A stretch of DNA of 64,000 nucleotides from the NCBI RefSeq assembly GCF_036321535.1, contig NC_087436.1:18726001-18790000 (forward strand), in the 5' to 3' direction. The notes beneath the pieces were generated by a model. The model did no database searches. It was not told the DNA's origin and saw only the letters and a program-made list of their open reading frames with translations. A program made the translations under genes and the position numbers. This document shows positions 60,515 through 64,000 of the stretch, piece by piece. Position 1 is the stretch's first letter; each line of letters opens with the position of its first letter. The stretch is from Camelus dromedarius. Taxonomy: Eukaryota.

Positions 60515-62452
60515 TTGTTTATTTTCCAGCTTTATTGAGGTATAATTGATGTATAACATTGTGTAAGTTTAAGGGGTACAATGTGATGCTTTGATACACA
60601 TAAAATTGTGAAATGTTTACCACAGTAAGGAAGGTTAACACATCCTTCACCCCACATAATTACCATGTTGTTACGGTAGAATATGAAAGCTTTACTCTCA
60701 TAACAACTTCCAAGTATACAGTACAGTATTGTTGACTGTAGTCACCATGCTATGTGTTAGATTCCTGGGAATTACTCATCTTGTAACAGAAAGTTTATAT
60801 CCTTTGACCAACATCTCCTCATTTCCCCGCTCCTCAGCCTCTGCCATATTTTTTATCCATCATCTTTATCCATTCTGCTGTTGATGAACACTTAGGTTGT
60901 TTCCATATCTTGGTTATTGTGAATAATGCTACATGTTCATCATTGTGAACACGGGGGTGCAGATATCCCTTTAAAATCCTGATTTCATTTTCTTTGGATA
61001 TGTACCCAGAAGTGGGATTGCTGGATCACATAGTAGTTTTATTTTTAATTTTTTGAGAAGCTTCCTTACTCTTTGCCGTAATGACTGTACCATTTTACAT
61101 TTCTACCATCAGTGTAGGAGGGTTCCCTTTTCTTCACATCCTTGCCCACATTTATCTCTCTCTCTTTTTTAATAATACGATTCTATCTCACTGTGATTTT
61201 GATCTAAATTTCCCTGATGATTAGTGAGGTCAAGCATCTTTTCATGTACTTGTTGGCCATTTGTATCTCTTTGGAAAAATGTCTGTTGAGGTCCTCTGCC
61301 CATTTTTCTAATCAGACTGTTTTTTTATTTTATTTATTTCTTTTGTTTTTGAGTTGTAAGAGTTCAAAGATATTTTATTTTATTTTATTATTTATTTAGG
61401 AGAGAAAATAATTCGGTTTTTTAAAATTTTTTAAAATTTTATTTTAATGGAGGTACTAGGGGTTGAACCCAGTACATGCATGCTAAGCACATGCTCTACC
61501 ACAGACCTATATCCCCCCCACCAAATATATTTTAGATATTAACATCTTACCAGATATATAATTTGCAATATTTTCTGTGATTCTGTAGGTTGTCTTTTCC
61601 ACCTTGTTGATGGTTTCTTTTGTTGTGTGGAAGCTTTTTAGTTAGGTGAAGTCTCAATTGTTGATTTTTGCTTTTGTTGCTTGTGCTTTTGGTGTCATAT
61701 CCAAAATATCATCTCCAAGACTGATGTCAAGGAGCTTTCCCCTATGTTTTCTTGTAAGAGCTTTACAGTTTCAGATCTTATATTTAAGGCCTTAATCCAT
61801 TTTTGGTGATTGGTTTAAGATAGGGGTCCAATTTTCATTCTTTTGCATGTGGATATCCATTTTTACCAACACTGTTCATTGAAAAGACTATTCTTTCCCT
61901 ATTGAGTATTCTTAGCTCCCTTGTCAAATATTAGTTGACTATGTGGGTGTGGGCTTATTTCTGGGATCTAGATTGTTTCATTGGTCTATATGTCTATTCT
62001 TCTGCCAGGACCATACTGTTTTAATTACTACAGCTTTGCAATATAGTTTGAAATCAGGAAATGTGATACTTCTGGTTTTCTTCTTTCTTAAGATTACTTT
62101 GCCTATTTGTGATTCCAAACAGAATTTAGGATTGTTTATTCTATTTCTTTGAAAAATGCTATTGGAATTTTGATAGGGATTGCATTAAATTTGTAGGTAG
62201 CTTTCAGTGGTATGGACATTTTAACAATTTTAACTCCTCTGATCCATGGACACAAAATATCTTTCTGTTTATTTGTGTCTTCTTCAGTTTCTTTCATCAG
62301 TGTCTTACAGTTTTCAGTGTAGATCTTTCATTTCCTTGGTTAAATTTATTTCTAAGTATTTTGTTCCTTTTGATCCTATTGTAAATGGGATTATTTTCTT
62401 TAATTATTTTTCAGATGGTTTATTTTTAGTGTATAGAAATGCAGCTAACTTT
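60515..62452 (-). mobile_element. L1MA-type L1, 5'-truncated
   Basis: CAGCTTTATTGAGGTATAATTGA 3' end; ORF2-derived ATTGGAATTTTGATAGGGATTGCATTAAAT...GTGTATAGAAATGCA. Confidence 0.93.
61378..61521 (-). mobile_element. Camelid tRNA-derived SINE (Vic-1 type) nested in L1
   Basis: GGAGGTACTAGGGGTTGAACCCAG...TGCTAAGCACATGCTCTACC; TSD CAAAGATATTTTA / CAAATATATTTTA. Confidence 0.92.
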
Positions 62453-64000
62453 GAATTCGGTCATATAATACAACTTTATTTCAATACTACAGGTTTGACC
62501 ACAATAATTAGTCATTCTTGGAAGAATTTCTATAAAAAAAAGTGTCAGTAAACTCTTTGGAATTTCAGATGGAAGTAGTTTATCAATTAATTGAAGTATT
62601 TGTGAAGTGTGCATCTGGTCACCAACTACTGCTCAACATCATATTCTGCCATGGGGTAAAATCTAAATACTGTCTTAGTATGTAGGCTGCAGACTATATT
62701 TTAAGCTTTTTTTTTTTTAAAACTGAAAACATGCTTTACTTATCTTAATTTATCTGTAATACACTAAGGGGTAAATCTGGTTATACACTTGATGTAATAG
62801 AAAGTAATGTGGACTAAATATCAAATGGTAGAAAAGCACTACAAACATTTTGTGGATATAATGAAAAAAATTAAAAAGTTAATTTTAAATTCTCTTAACT
62901 ATGAAGCAGTAGGTTTATATGTTCACTTCTTGGTTTAAATTCATTATTAGGGTTGTAGTTAGACACAGTTGATGGCAGTACCTCAGTGCTTACTTCAGAT
63001 TTCCTGAAAGATCATTCCTTCCAAAAAAATTTGCTGACAGGCTATAAACACAAAACAGCAGTCTTTGGAGGTTAAAGTTAGTTAAAAGAAACAGAAGAAA
63101 TAAAGAATAAAGAAATGCAGCTTAAAAGTTTATTGATATATTAAGAAGGTTCTTTATCAGCTCTCCTAAGTAGTCTCTGAAGCCTTGTGAGTCAATCAAA
63201 TGAACATCTAATTCTTTACTTTTAGCCAACATAAAATTATTTTTGGAAACTTTCCTGAAGAGTGTTTTTTTTTTGTTTTTTAAAGAATTGCTCATATTTC
63301 TTTCCTTCTGCATTTATTTAAGGAAGGGAGAGTGACGGGTGAGGAGGAGAGAGATCAAGAGTTCGATGAGTTTCAGCTTAACCTTGTTATGCATTAGGTG
63401 GAGGGGCCATTCTCCATTGCACTTCCTGCTCTCAGTGACCTGGAGGCATTTCTCTGTCTAGCTATCATCCTATAACGACTCCTTTGCCAGGTCATTAAGA
63501 TCCCCTGTAAGCCTCTGTGACGAGCTCTGCCTCTCAGGAACTCAAGATGAATAGTTGAGGGAGAGCTTGGGAATTCCTAGTTATCAAATTGATCTATGAG
63601 ATCTATGAGAATTTTTCTTAATCTGCTGGTGTCGGGAATGCAGGGTAGGTGTAGAGTAATTCAAACTAACATAAACACATGCACGTATACACATTTAAAA
63701 TCCATTCTTTCCAGTTTTTCTCTTTCCTATCATATTTACCTAAGTGGTTAAATATCTCTATGAGATTTGTTTGTGTTAAAGAAAAATAAATTCAACTCAG
63801 TGTTAGACTCAGGCTGATCCTGTGGTTTGGAGTAATATTTCAGTTTGATTTGGATTGAGCTGATGTTACCCTAGCCTAAGGTGATTTTTCTATCAGATCT
63901 CTAGAAATCTTCCTAATTGACTGGAGTTGTCTTTAAATCAAGGACTTTCCTTTTCCACACCTAGACTTTATTAGTGGAGAGTCATGAATGGGTAGACATG

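Overview
Repeat-rich mammalian non-coding DNA, almost certainly camelid (alpaca/llama/camel). It carries eight copies of a tRNA-derived SINE matching the camelid Vic-1 type, plus cetartiodactyl-type L1 3' ends. I recognise no intact protein-coding gene, rRNA, true tRNA or CRISPR array. The only ORFs with recognisable homology are broken L1 ORF2 pieces and an L2 reverse-transcriptase remnant. A large share of the window is transposon debris: L1, HAL1, L2, MIR, MLT1/LTR16/MER21/MER41-like/ERV1 solo LTRs and hAT-Charlie MITEs. Subfamily names come from recalled consensus sequences, not a database search, and boundaries are approximate unless a TSD is given. Most notable observations: (1) a ~350-bp TSD-flanked retrocopy in which the very start of an L1 5'UTR is fused at an AG to the last ~185 nt of an L1 3'UTR (spliced or bipartite mini-L1); (2) a four-element nested stack at 31.8-34.3 kb whose TSDs give the insertion order; (3) candidate + strand exons (47.1, 49.8, 54.9, 57.9 kb) and an antisense L1 bias, suggesting the window lies inside an unidentified + strand transcript; (4) a 6-bp insertion creating a NotI site in a young L1. 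I see no convincing evidence of a wholly new gene system.
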